From Promethearchaeota archaeon (GTDB lineage: Archaea > Asgardarchaeota > Lokiarchaeia > Sigyniarchaeales > SOKP01): 19,664 nt of DNA. The stretch spans positions 1 through 19,664 of the forward strand of contig JBHLME010000083.1 of NCBI GenBank assembly GCA_048938445.1, given 5' to 3'. Position 1 is the stretch's first letter; each line of letters starts with the position of its first letter. The notes under the pieces were generated by a model, which was given only the letters and a program-made list of their open reading frames with translations, was not told where the DNA came from and made no database searches. A program made the position numbers and the translations under genes. This document shows positions 1 to 9,809 of this stretch, piece by piece.

Positions 1-183
1 ATTAAACTATATTAAATCATTAAAATATTAATTAGTATTTTTTAGTTTTCTTTTTGTCATTAGACTATTTTTCTATTTTCTTTTGAGTAAATGATAAATT
101 GGTATTTTAAATAAAGTATTAATTAATTTTTACATTAAAATGTATTAATTTAATAGTTTTACTCTTTAAAATAAACTTCGTGG

Positions 184-1308
184 TTGAAAAATATCAAATC
201 ATTTAAAAATCCTATTTATGTCACTCGCCCTCTATTACCCTCTCTTGAAAAAGTGTATGAAAAGATAAAAGAAATTTGGGAATCTCAATGGCTAACAAAT
301 ATGGGGGTCCAACATAAGGATCTAGAATTGAAATTAATCAATTATCTTAAAGTTAAATATTTAACACTTTTTAATAATGGAACATTAGCTTTACAATTAG
401 CATTTCAAGCGTTAAATTTAACAGGAGAGGTAATTACTACACCTTTTACATTTCCAGCAACAACAACTTCATTATTTCAATGTAATTTAAAGCCAATCTA
501 TTGCGATATTAGGGTTGATGATTTTAATATTAACAGTGAAAATATTGAAGATTTAATAAATCCAGATACTTCTGCTATATTACCCGTTCATGTTTTTGGA
601 AATCCATGCGAGATTGAAAAAATTGAAAAAATTGCGAAAAATTACAATCTTAAGGTTATCTATGATGCCGCTCATTGCTTTGGTGTAGAATATAAAGACG
701 TTGGAATTGGAAATTATGGTGATATTAGCATGTTTAGCTTTCACGCAACAAAAACCTTCCACACTATAGAGGGAGGCGCTTTAACTTATAATAATCCTGA
801 ACTGAAAGAAATTTTATATTTATTAAAAAATTTTGGTATCAAAAGTGAAGAGGAAGTAATATTACCTGGAACAAATGCTAAAATGAATGAATTACAAGCA
901 GCAATAGGTTTATTGAATTTAGAACTCGTTGATCAGGAAATCGAGAAACGAAAAAAATTATCATTCATTTACAGAGAAGAACTAGATGATGTTCAAGGTA
1001 TTAGATATTTGAATGATAAAAAGGATGTAAAGCATAATTATCAATATTTTCCTATAATAATAAATGAAAAAGAATTTAAAAGAAACAGAAATTTTGTATA
1101 TGAAACCTTGAAGAAATATAACATTTTTACTCGAAAATACTTTTATCCATTGACTACAAGTTATAAATTTTGCGAAAATGAAGAAGATTGTCAAATTCCT
1201 AATGCTGAATTAATTGCTGAACAAGTTTTATGCTTACCTTTATATGGTGATTTAAAACGAGAAGATGTTGAAATAGTTTGTAAAATTATAAAAAAAATTA
1301 ATAGTTAA
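184..1308 (+). CDS. DegT/DnrJ/EryC1/StrS-family PLP-dependent sugar aminotransferase, VioA-like (NDP-4-amino-4,6-dideoxyhexose synthesis)
   Basis: 374 aa with a TTG start. Motifs: N-terminal IYVTRPLLP, NNGTLAL, VITTPFTFPAT, PVHVFGNPC, IYDAAHCFG, and SFHATKTFHTIEGGA (PLP lysine), plus GTNAKMNE, RKYFYP and LCLPLY. These match the VioA subgroup. Confidence 0.93.
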   Translation: MKNIKSFKNPIYVTRPLLPSLEKVYEKIKEIWESQWLTNMGVQHKDLELKLINYLKVKYLTLFNNGTLALQLAFQALNLTGEVITTPFTFPATTTSLFQCNLKPIYCDIRVDDFNINSENIEDLINPDTSAILPVHVFGNPCEIEKIEKIAKNYNLKVIYDAAHCFGVEYKDVGIGNYGDISMFSFHATKTFHTIEGGALTYNNPELKEILYLLKNFGIKSEEEVILPGTNAKMNELQAAIGLLNLELVDQEIEKRKKLSFIYREELDDVQGIRYLNDKKDVKHNYQYFPIIINEKEFKRNRNFVYETLKKYNIFTRKYFYPLTTSYKFCENEEDCQIPNAELIAEQVLCLPLYGDLKREDVEIVCKIIKKINS

Positions 1309-1410
1309 TTAATTGATAAATGATACCTTTTTGAAAATATAAATTATTATAATTTTACTGCAATTAATTGTTTAATAGAGTACTATGGAATTTTAAAATA
1401 ATGAGGAAAA

Positions 1411-1696
1411 ATGAAATTATTTATTCCTAATATAGAAGATAGGTATAATACTTATTTTAATCAAAATAATGAATATTTTAAAGGATTTTATGATATTAAA
1501 AAAATCCTTTTAGTAAAAACCCTACAAAAATTGTTTATCTCAATTTAAACTCATTTTTATTTGAACATAAATATAATTATGATTTTGAAAAAATACATTT
1601 ACTATTACAAAAGCAGGTTTTAAAAAAATAAAAAGAGATTGGGTTAATTCAAAAGAAGATTCTCTTGAGATGACACGTAAAAATCATTCTTTATAA
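1411..1696 (+). pseudogene. Possible frameshifted gene remnant, function uncertain
   Basis: ATG at 1411 follows GAGG (1403-1406). A 45-codon ORF runs 1411-1548. Shifting frame at two A7 tracts (1498-1504, 1622-1628) extends reading to TAA at 1694-1696 (about 95 codons). Confidence 0.25.
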
Positions 1697-1724
1697 ATAG
1701 CAAACGAAAAATAATAATATAAGA

Positions 1725-3341
1725 CTAAATCCCTTTAATTTTAAAGTTACTAATTATATTTTTGATATTATCTTTTTCTTTTTCAGTTATTAAAGCCGTT
1801 AATTCTTCAGGTTTACTAATTTTATCTATTAGATCTTTGAGATGTGATCGCATTTCTCTATGAACTTCAGGATATTTATTTAAAATATTTTCTTGTTCAT
1901 AAGGATCAGTTAATATATTATATAATTCTTCAAATTTTTCATCATAATTTATGTATTTCAATTCATTAGAACGAAGATAAGTGATATCTCCACGCATTTT
2001 TAATAGGATATCGTGTATTTTCAATACTTTTTTTTTTCTTTTTGGAATAATACTTTTATATATACCTAATCTATTGAAAAAATAAAACATCTCATTCATA
2101 TCACTGTTAAATTTACTATATTCTCCGAATATATATTTTGGAGTTGTTTTTGTGTTAATTTGATTAATAATAGATTTGTTTAAGTTCAAATATTTATTAT
2201 TTTCTATTGGAATCCCTGTTAAATGAAGTATGGTGTGAAATAAGTCTTTTAATTCAACCTGGTCTTTTATTAATTTTTTATTAAAACTAGAATGATAGAT
2301 AATGAGAGGGACATGTATTACGGGTTTATATACACTTAAGCACGTGTGATGTTCCCATAAGTTCTTATCTAAATCACTAAATAGGTGTTCTCCGTGATCG
2401 GAAGTAATAATTAAATATGAATTTTCAAAAATGCCAATATTGTGTAATTCATCAATAATTTTTTTTATAATCATATCCGCATAATAAACAGACGCGTTGT
2501 AAAATTTTTCAATAATGTTAATTTTTTCTTTTGATATTTTTTTTAATTTTATATTAAATCTTGTGCGAAATTTATGGACATTAGTGAAGAAGAAGTCTCT
2601 TACTTTTTTAAAATCTTTTGAGGTAATATTAAACTTTTGTAAAACCTCATTTATAGGCAAATAAGGATAATGAGTAGCCATCACATTCAAATACATATAA
2701 TATGGCTTGTTAATTCGATCATTTTTAAGTAATTTAAAAAATTTATCTAAATCCCTAAAAGTTCTATTATTATAATTAGAGAGATAATTTTTCCAAAATA
2801 TTTTTTTTATTATTCCTGCTAATATGCCATTTATTAAAATCTCATCAATAATCCTTTTAAAAAATCTATATAATAGTTTGAATTTAATCCGAGAACCTAA
2901 AATATGTTCAATTTTATTCAAAAGATTTGAAATCATTGGTAATTTTTTATCACTCCAATTTACAATGTCTTTAATTCCTACCACAATTTTTTCAAATCCT
3001 CTATTCAAACCAAATTCTTTCCATGTTAGATATGGATTTTCTGAAAAGCATAATGAAGAATATCCTAAATTATTTAGAATTTCAGTTAATACTGGAAATT
3101 TTGTGCTTATTTTTAAAAAATTATTTGAATTTCGTTTAACCTGGCTAGGGTATAGACCTGTAAACATAGAAATGTGAGAAGGTAAAGTCCAAGGAGCATT
3201 AGCTATACAATTTTTAAAATATATTGAATTATTCAATAATTTATTTAAATTTGGAGTTAAAATATTATTTTCGTAATTTTCTGAGATTTTATCTGCTCTA
3301 AAAGTATCCAATACGATAAAAATTATATTTGGGTGATTCAT
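1725..3341 (-). CDS. Sulfatase-like alkaline phosphatase superfamily enzyme (Thr-nucleophile type)
   Basis: 538 aa. Motifs: PNIIFIVLDTFRAD, TPNL, APWTLPSHISMFTGLYP, MATHYPY, YNASVYYAD, IITSDHGEHL, HVPLII, and ELYNILTDPYEQEN. This is a classical sulfatase-fold motif series. Confidence 0.88.
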   Translation of the reverse strand: MNHPNIIFIVLDTFRADKISENYENNILTPNLNKLLNNSIYFKNCIANAPWTLPSHISMFTGLYPSQVKRNSNNFLKISTKFPVLTEILNNLGYSSLCFSENPYLTWKEFGLNRGFEKIVVGIKDIVNWSDKKLPMISNLLNKIEHILGSRIKFKLLYRFFKRIIDEILINGILAGIIKKIFWKNYLSNYNNRTFRDLDKFFKLLKNDRINKPYYMYLNVMATHYPYLPINEVLQKFNITSKDFKKVRDFFFTNVHKFRTRFNIKLKKISKEKINIIEKFYNASVYYADMIIKKIIDELHNIGIFENSYLIITSDHGEHLFSDLDKNLWEHHTCLSVYKPVIHVPLIIYHSSFNKKLIKDQVELKDLFHTILHLTGIPIENNKYLNLNKSIINQINTKTTPKYIFGEYSKFNSDMNEMFYFFNRLGIYKSIIPKRKKKVLKIHDILLKMRGDITYLRSNELKYINYDEKFEELYNILTDPYEQENILNKYPEVHREMRSHLKDLIDKISKPEELTALITEKEKDNIKNIISNFKIKGI

Positions 3342-3575
3342 TTTTACGTTTTTTTTAAATTTAAATACTTTTTCTCAGTATTATCATGAATCTTATGTAT
3401 AACTTAATTAAAAAAAGAAATAAAAGTTTATTCAAGTGAAATTCAAAAAATTTTAATTTTAGAGAGTCAATAATTGCTTAATTAAAGAGATTAGAATAGA
3501 GATTTTAAAAAATTACATCAAATTAAAAACAATTTAATAAATATATAACATTAATTTTGGAAAAAAAAAATTATT

Positions 3576-4859
3576 ATGGAAATGAAAAGAGTTTTAGTAT
3601 TTCCAGGTGGAACAGAAATAGGTTTAGAGATAAATAAATCCTTAAGATACATAAAAGACATCGAATTATTCTCTGTTGGAAGCGATGTCTCAAATCCTGC
3701 TCCTTTTTTTTATAAAAATCACTTTATAATTCCTTCAATCTATGAAAAGGAATGGATAAATGCTTTGAATGCAATAATTGAACGATATAATATAAACTAT
3801 ATTTTTCCTGCTTATGATGACATAATAACTGCGCTAGCGAGGAATAAAGAAAGGATAAAAGCGAATATTATATCATCTCCTCTAAAAACTTGTTTAATAA
3901 CGCGTTCAAAAAAAAAAACCTATAAAATTTTTGAAAATAAATTACCTGTGCCAAAGGTGTTTGCGATTAATTCAAAAATAGATTTATTTCCAGTCTTTTT
4001 GAAACCTGAAAAAGGGCAAGGATCCAAAGATACTTATTTAATAAAAAGCATGGAAGAATTAAAGGGATTAATAAAAAGAGTAAAAGATCCTATGATTTTA
4101 GAATATTTATCGGGTAAAGAATATACAGTAGATTGTTTTACGGATAGAGACAAAGGACTTTTATTTTGTGAGGGAAGAGAACGTGTTCGTATAAGAAATG
4201 GAATCTCCGTAAACTCAATAATAGTGAGTAATGAAAAATTTAAAGAATTTGCGAAAATTATTTCATCCCTTCTTGAGTTTTATGGAGCTTGGTTTTTTCA
4301 ACTAAAAGAAGATTCTAATGGTGTTTTAAAATTAATGGAAATTGCTCCAAGAATCGCGGGAACAATGGCCATCAATCGAGTAAGAGGAATAAATTTCCCA
4401 TTATTGAGTATTTATGAAAATGAGAGAATTGATATAGAAATTTTAATCAATTCATATAATATAGAAATAGACAGAGCTTTACAAAATAAATATAAATTAT
4501 CATTATCATATAATACTGTATATTTAGATTTCGATGACGTGTTAATTCTAAAAGGTAAGATCAATCCTCTTATAATTAAATTTTTATATCAATGCCAAAA
4601 TACTAATAAAAGCATTATTTTACTTACAAAGCATCGAAAAAATATTAAAGAAACTTTAAAAAAATTTAATATTTGTAAGACATTATTCTCTAAAATCATT
4701 AATTTGAAGGATTTTGATTCAAAAGCGGATTATGTTATAGAGAAAGAGTCAATATTCATTGATGATAGTTTTCAAGAAAGAAAGCAGGTTTCTGATAAAT
4801 GTAATATTCCAACTTTTGATTTAAGTATGATAGAAGGTTTACTAAATGATAATTTTTAA
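3576..4859 (+). CDS. ATP-grasp (CarB-like) protein fused to a C-terminal HAD-like domain
   Basis: 427 aa. N-terminal Rossmann-like VLVFPGGTEIG. ATP-grasp motifs FPVFLKPEKGQGSK, EYLSGKEYTVD, FFQLK and MEIAPRIAG. The C-terminus has HAD motifs YLDFDDVL (I), LLTK (II), SK (III) and FIDDS (IV). Confidence 0.85.
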   Translation: MEMKRVLVFPGGTEIGLEINKSLRYIKDIELFSVGSDVSNPAPFFYKNHFIIPSIYEKEWINALNAIIERYNINYIFPAYDDIITALARNKERIKANIISSPLKTCLITRSKKKTYKIFENKLPVPKVFAINSKIDLFPVFLKPEKGQGSKDTYLIKSMEELKGLIKRVKDPMILEYLSGKEYTVDCFTDRDKGLLFCEGRERVRIRNGISVNSIIVSNEKFKEFAKIISSLLEFYGAWFFQLKEDSNGVLKLMEIAPRIAGTMAINRVRGINFPLLSIYENERIDIEILINSYNIEIDRALQNKYKLSLSYNTVYLDFDDVLILKGKINPLIIKFLYQCQNTNKSIILLTKHRKNIKETLKKFNICKTLFSKIINLKDFDSKADYVIEKESIFIDDSFQERKQVSDKCNIPTFDLSMIEGLLNDNF

Positions 4860-4975
4860 ATTTTAAAATAATTATTCCATAGTACTTGTATTAAAAACTC
4901 ATAATAATAATATGATTTAAGTTTTCTTAATAATTATAAGAATAATACAATCACTATTAGATTAAAAATAAAAAG

Positions 4976-6043
4976 ATGCCTTTAGTAAGTGTAATATTAC
5001 CATCATATAATCATGCGGATTATATCTCTGAAACAATAGAAAGCGTGTTAAACCAGACTTTTAAAGATTTAGAGTTAATTATAATAGATGATTGTTCTCC
5101 AGATAACTCAAGAGAAATTATTGAAAATTATGGTAAAAAGGATGATAGAGTAAGAATTCTTTTTCATGATGTCAATAAAGGCATAGCTCTAACTCAGAAT
5201 GAAGCAATTGAAAGAGCTAAGGGAAAATACATTGCATTTCTCAATTCAGACGACGTGTGGGAAAAAACCAAGCTTGAAAAACAAGTGAAAATATTGGAAA
5301 AGGATGAAAACCTCATAGTTTGGACGGATGTATTTTTAATAGATAATAAAAGTAAGGTTTATGGAAAACGATGGACAAAGTCTATCATTAATATTAAAAC
5401 AAATGGCGATCTTCTTGAAAAACTCCTTCAAGATCCATATTTACTCTTTTCAAGTTTAATTTTGAAAAAAGAGAATCTAGGAAATTTAAGATTTAATAGT
5501 AAATTTCGATATATCTCTGATTATGAATTTGAAGTATCTCTTGCAGAAAAATATAAATTTCATATAATTAAAGATCCCCTAACAAAATATCGAATGCATA
5601 ATAAAAACGCATTAAAAATTGATAATATACGGCTATTAAGAGAAAACTTATTGATGAGAATTTATTTTTTGGATAAATATGGTAATCAAGTTCCAAAAAA
5701 ATTAAAATGGTATTTAATATTTAGAGTAATTAAGGCATATTTAATATTAGGGATGAATAAAAATGCAAGATATTACGTCATGAGGTTGTTTAGATTATAT
5801 CCTTTTAATTTGCTTAATTACATGTGTCTTGCTCAGAGTTTGATAAAACGAGATAGAATTATTAATGGAATTCGAAGTGTACTTTATACAGAAAATATGT
5901 CCAATAACTTCAGACAATCTTCAATTTGGAATAATTTCTTATTCAGATTCTTTACTAATTTATACATTAAGTATATTTTGGAAAAAAAATTTTACATTGT
6001 TGCATTTCCTCCATTTTTTCTTAAAGAATTGCATTTAAAATAA
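4976..6043 (+). CDS. Glycosyltransferase family 2 (GT-A fold)
   Basis: 355 aa. Motifs: PLVSVILPSYNH, SVLNQTF, IIIDDCSPDNS, GKYIAFLNSDDVW, KLEKQV, and SDYEF. Confidence 0.93.
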   Translation: MPLVSVILPSYNHADYISETIESVLNQTFKDLELIIIDDCSPDNSREIIENYGKKDDRVRILFHDVNKGIALTQNEAIERAKGKYIAFLNSDDVWEKTKLEKQVKILEKDENLIVWTDVFLIDNKSKVYGKRWTKSIINIKTNGDLLEKLLQDPYLLFSSLILKKENLGNLRFNSKFRYISDYEFEVSLAEKYKFHIIKDPLTKYRMHNKNALKIDNIRLLRENLLMRIYFLDKYGNQVPKKLKWYLIFRVIKAYLILGMNKNARYYVMRLFRLYPFNLLNYMCLAQSLIKRDRIINGIRSVLYTENMSNNFRQSSIWNNFLFRFFTNLYIKYILEKKFYIVAFPPFFLKELHLK

Positions 6044-6213
6044 ATTGAATTTTAATTTTTAATACTTGAAAGAGAAGTTCTTAAAATAGCTATAAGATAA
6101 CTAATGAACTAAAAATATTTAAACAAAATTTTATTACTCTTTTTCAATACCTTGGCAATGCCAAGTTAATGATATCATCAAAAAAAAAAAGATTTATAAT
6201 ATTTTTCTTAACA

Positions 6214-7332
6214 ATGAAAAAAAATATCTGGGAAATAGAAATATTAAGAGGTTTTGCAATTTTTACTGTAGTCATATTTCACGTAACATTTTTTCTAACT
6301 TCTATTTCAATCCTGAGCCCATTAATTATTGTATTAATGTTTTTAAATGTATTATTTGGTTTTGGTGTACCCTTATTCATCTTTTTATCTGGGTTTGTTT
6401 TATCATTTAGATATCATCATAGTAAAAACTATTCATTGCTTCATTTCTATAAAAAAAGGTTTTTAATCCTCTTACCTCCATATTTTATTGCGGCTATTGT
6501 ATATATGATATATTTCAAGAACTATGAAATATTATCAATATTTTATCCTCAAAGTGTTTCTCCACACTTCTGGTATATTCCTCTTATCATGTTTTTTTAC
6601 ATATTATATCCTCTATTTAGCAAAATCGTTCATAAATTTACAAAAAGAGCATCTTTAGTAATAACTATCTTTTTTATTGTTCAATTTATTTCTATTATCA
6701 TTGAAGTTCTTTTTAAATTGCCCTCCATACTTGAACATTCGGGATATTTCATTCTCGGCATGTATGTCTACGAATATTATGAAAAGTTTAAAGAAAAAGT
6801 AAGAATAAATTATAAAATTCTAATAAAAGTTGCTTTATTAATATTAATTTCAATAATTATTCATACATATGTGTTTTATATTGTTTATATAAATCGTATA
6901 AATTTTAACAATAATAGGCTTTTTTACATATTTTATACTGTAAGTTTTGCATATGTTGCAACTATTGTATATACATTATTAATTCTTTTGCTTTTATTTT
7001 TAGCTTTAAACATAAAAGAAAGAAGTAGTTTTAAAAGGTCCATTTTTTCTAATTTGGGCAAATATTCATATGGAATATTTCTATATCATTATGTTATTCT
7101 ATTAGTTTTTTATGATATTTTTATAATGCTAGGATTTAATAGAGAATATTATTTATTTTATATCATTCTCTTTTTAGCTTCAATTGCTTCTAGTACACTA
7201 TTAATATATTTAATTAGCTTACTCCCATTTCATCAATATGCAATCGGCAAGATAAGAAAATATCAAAAACGAAATAAGTTAATGATATTTGAAAACTATA
7301 TACTATATTCTTCTGAAAATTACTATAATTGA
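6214..7332 (+). CDS. Acyltransferase family 3 (OafA/WecH-like) membrane O-acyltransferase, paralog 1
   Basis: Polytopic hydrophobic protein with R-x10-H (RGFAIFTVVIFH), GVPLFIFLSGFVL, YKKRFL, HFWYI and GKYSYGIFLYH. The ORF opens at 6169, but ATG 6214 (MKKNIWEIE) aligns with the paralog start (MKNYIREIE), so I prefer it. Confidence 0.9.
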   Translation: MKKNIWEIEILRGFAIFTVVIFHVTFFLTSISILSPLIIVLMFLNVLFGFGVPLFIFLSGFVLSFRYHHSKNYSLLHFYKKRFLILLPPYFIAAIVYMIYFKNYEILSIFYPQSVSPHFWYIPLIMFFYILYPLFSKIVHKFTKRASLVITIFFIVQFISIIIEVLFKLPSILEHSGYFILGMYVYEYYEKFKEKVRINYKILIKVALLILISIIIHTYVFYIVYINRINFNNNRLFYIFYTVSFAYVATIVYTLLILLLLFLALNIKERSSFKRSIFSNLGKYSYGIFLYHYVILLVFYDIFIMLGFNREYYLFYIILFLASIASSTLLIYLISLLPFHQYAIGKIRKYQKRNKLMIFENYILYSSENYYN

Positions 7333-7471
7333 GTTTAAATTTAATACATACTAAGAATTCATTAAAAATTTAAATATTAGATTATTCAAATAATCATCAG
7401 AACTTCTAAGCATTCATCATTATGTAAATCTTAATAAAATAAATTAAGAATTAAACTATATTCTTAAAAAT

Positions 7472-8584
7472 ATGAAAAATTATATCAGAGAAATAGAAAT
7501 ACTAAGAGCATTTGCAATTCTTGCTGTAGTGATTTATCATGTAACATATTTTATATTTTATGTCCCAAATTATAGTCCATTATTTATTTACATTTTTTTT
7601 ATCTTTAATCTTAATGGATATGGAGTGCCCTTGTTCATTTTTGTGTCAGGATTTGTATTATCATTAAGATATAATCATAATAATAAGGATTTTTCATTAC
7701 TTCAATACTATAAGAAAAGGTTTTTAACAATTATCCCTCCATATCTTATTGCTGCTATTGTTTATTTGCCCTATAACATGATAAAATACCCGAATTATAA
7801 TATACTCACTATGTTTTTTGATCCGACGAGTGTTGCTTCACATTTTTGGTTTATTGGGCTTATTATAGCATATTATCTTATTTATCCCTTAATAAGAGTG
7901 ATCATTCATAAATTTAGAAGTAGGTTGTCTATTGTCTTGTTAACATTTTTAATTATTCAATTTATTTTTACAACTATTGCGGGTTTTTTTAAATTACCTA
8001 ATTTCCTTGAAGTTATTGGATATTTCTTTTTAGGTATGTACGTGCATGAAAACTACGATAAGATAAAAAAAATTATTGAAAATAACAAGATAATTTTATT
8101 TTCGGGATTCATATTTATAATATCTATTATACTTCAGACTTATTCTGATTATACATACCTTACAAGAAGAATAGATACAACTATTTTTATTTTTTTTAAT
8201 CATTTCTATTTTATATGTTCAAAAAGTATTTTTTTTATATTCTTATTTGTTTTTCTCTTTGGTTTAGCAAGATTCATAAACCAGAAAAGTCATTTTATCA
8301 GAAATATGCTAATTAATTTGGGGAAATATTCATTTGGGATATTTTTATATCACTATCTTTTTCTTTTAATCTCCTATGATGTGTTTTTGATATTAGGATT
8401 TAATAGGGAATATTATTCATTCTACATACTCTACTTTTTAACTACATTTTTACCAAGTATAGTATTAACATATTTAATAAATCTACTTCCATTTCATAAA
8501 TATGTTATTGGAACAATTAGGGAGGATCAAAAACAGTATTCTTTAATGATAATTGAGAATGACTTACAATTTTCTGAAATATAG
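7472..8584 (+). CDS. Acyltransferase family 3 membrane O-acyltransferase, paralog 2
   Basis: 370 aa. Motifs: RAFAILAVVIYH, GVPLFIFVSGFVL, YKKRFLTIIPPY, HFWFI and GKYSFGIFLYH. It is collinear with the upstream paralog. Confidence 0.9.
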   Translation: MKNYIREIEILRAFAILAVVIYHVTYFIFYVPNYSPLFIYIFFIFNLNGYGVPLFIFVSGFVLSLRYNHNNKDFSLLQYYKKRFLTIIPPYLIAAIVYLPYNMIKYPNYNILTMFFDPTSVASHFWFIGLIIAYYLIYPLIRVIIHKFRSRLSIVLLTFLIIQFIFTTIAGFFKLPNFLEVIGYFFLGMYVHENYDKIKKIIENNKIILFSGFIFIISIILQTYSDYTYLTRRIDTTIFIFFNHFYFICSKSIFFIFLFVFLFGLARFINQKSHFIRNMLINLGKYSFGIFLYHYLFLLISYDVFLILGFNREYYSFYILYFLTTFLPSIVLTYLINLLPFHKYVIGTIREDQKQYSLMIIENDLQFSEI

Positions 8585-8614
8585 GTACCCTAATATTACC
8601 TTTTTTAAAATTGA

Positions 8615-9778
8615 TTATTTAAGATATGATTTATTAATTTCCTTAATAGTTTCAAAATAAATTTTTGCTATTTTTTTCCATTCATATTTTTTTGCTTCTC
8701 TAATACCATTACTTCCTAATTTAAACATTTCTTCTGGATTATTGAATAATCTAATAATTTTCCCGGCTAGATCCCTTGAATTATTTACTTCAAAAGTTAA
8801 ACCTCCATTTCTTATGATAAGTGACATTGGAGGTTTATTAGCACAGATTACAGGTGTTCCACTTGCCATAGCTTCCAAAAGAACTTGACCGAATCCCTCT
8901 AATTCTGATGGAAATACAAAGATATCTACAGAGGCATATAATTCTCTAAGTTTTTGGTCATCAACAAAACCTAAAAATGTCGAATTCTTTTCAAGTCCTA
9001 AGGAATTTGATAATTTTTTATAATCTTTTAAATATGGTCCTTTTCCTGCTAATATTAGTTGAACATCGGGAATTTCTTGTATTACTAAAGGTAATGCTTT
9101 TAATAGTACAGATACACGTTTTCTAGTTGTCATTAATCCCGAATATAATAAAATCTTATTTCCATATTTTTCCCTTATAAATTCTTTTTTATTTGTAGGA
9201 TTAAATTTATTTGTGTCAATACCATCTGAAATAACTGTAATATTTCTCATATTTAATCCATAATGAGTCAATAAAGCATTTTTAGAAGTTTCTGATTTTG
9301 TAATAACATGTTTATGCATTTTATATTGTAATTGTTCTAAAAGATGTAGAAAAGGATAAGTAATATAATCTAAAAAGGTCCTTAAGATCTCACGATGATA
9401 AAAAATCGATATAACAACTTTTTTTTTAATTTTGAAGAATCTAGTAAATGGAATTGCCATTGCTAATATAACTACCTCAGAATCATCAATAAAATTGAAA
9501 TTCTTCTTTCTATAAAGATTAAATGCGAAAGTAACGTGATTAAAAAAAAAAATAGAGCCCAATTTACCAATTAACGCCTTAGAATCCAAAATTCTGAGTA
9601 TTGAGATACCATTAAAATCATCATATCTTTTACCGCCATTCCAATAAGTTGTAACGATTTTAACATTGTTTCCAATTTCTTTTAAATTAATCGCAAGATG
9701 CTCAACATATCTTTCAGCACCTTTAAGTAATCCTCGTCGTGGATAAGGAAAGCTAGGAGTTATTATTGAAATTTTCAT
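8615..9778 (-). CDS. Glycosyltransferase family 4 (GT-B fold)
   Basis: 387 aa. Motifs: GAERY, DGID and RKRV, plus the E-x7-E signature in DIFVFPSELEGFGQVLLEAMASGTPVI. Confidence 0.93.
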   Translation of the reverse strand: MKISIITPSFPYPRRGLLKGAERYVEHLAINLKEIGNNVKIVTTYWNGGKRYDDFNGISILRILDSKALIGKLGSIFFFNHVTFAFNLYRKKNFNFIDDSEVVILAMAIPFTRFFKIKKKVVISIFYHREILRTFLDYITYPFLHLLEQLQYKMHKHVITKSETSKNALLTHYGLNMRNITVISDGIDTNKFNPTNKKEFIREKYGNKILLYSGLMTTRKRVSVLLKALPLVIQEIPDVQLILAGKGPYLKDYKKLSNSLGLEKNSTFLGFVDDQKLRELYASVDIFVFPSELEGFGQVLLEAMASGTPVICANKPPMSLIIRNGGLTFEVNNSRDLAGKIIRLFNNPEEMFKLGSNGIREAKKYEWKKIAKIYFETIKEINKSYLK

Positions 9779-9809
9779 TATTTCTTATAATTTTATTTAT
9801 ATTAAAATA

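Noticed and set aside
580-1194. Short minus-strand ORFs 580..762 and 982..1194
   Set aside because: They lie fully antisense within the well-supported aminotransferase and have no motifs.
2824-3177. 117-aa + strand ORF
   Set aside because: It is antisense to the sulfatase-like gene and has no recognisable features.
3576-4859. Annotation as carbamoyl-phosphate synthase large subunit (carB)
   Set aside because: It is far too short, has a single ATP-grasp domain, carries a HAD fusion, and sits in a glycan-cluster context.
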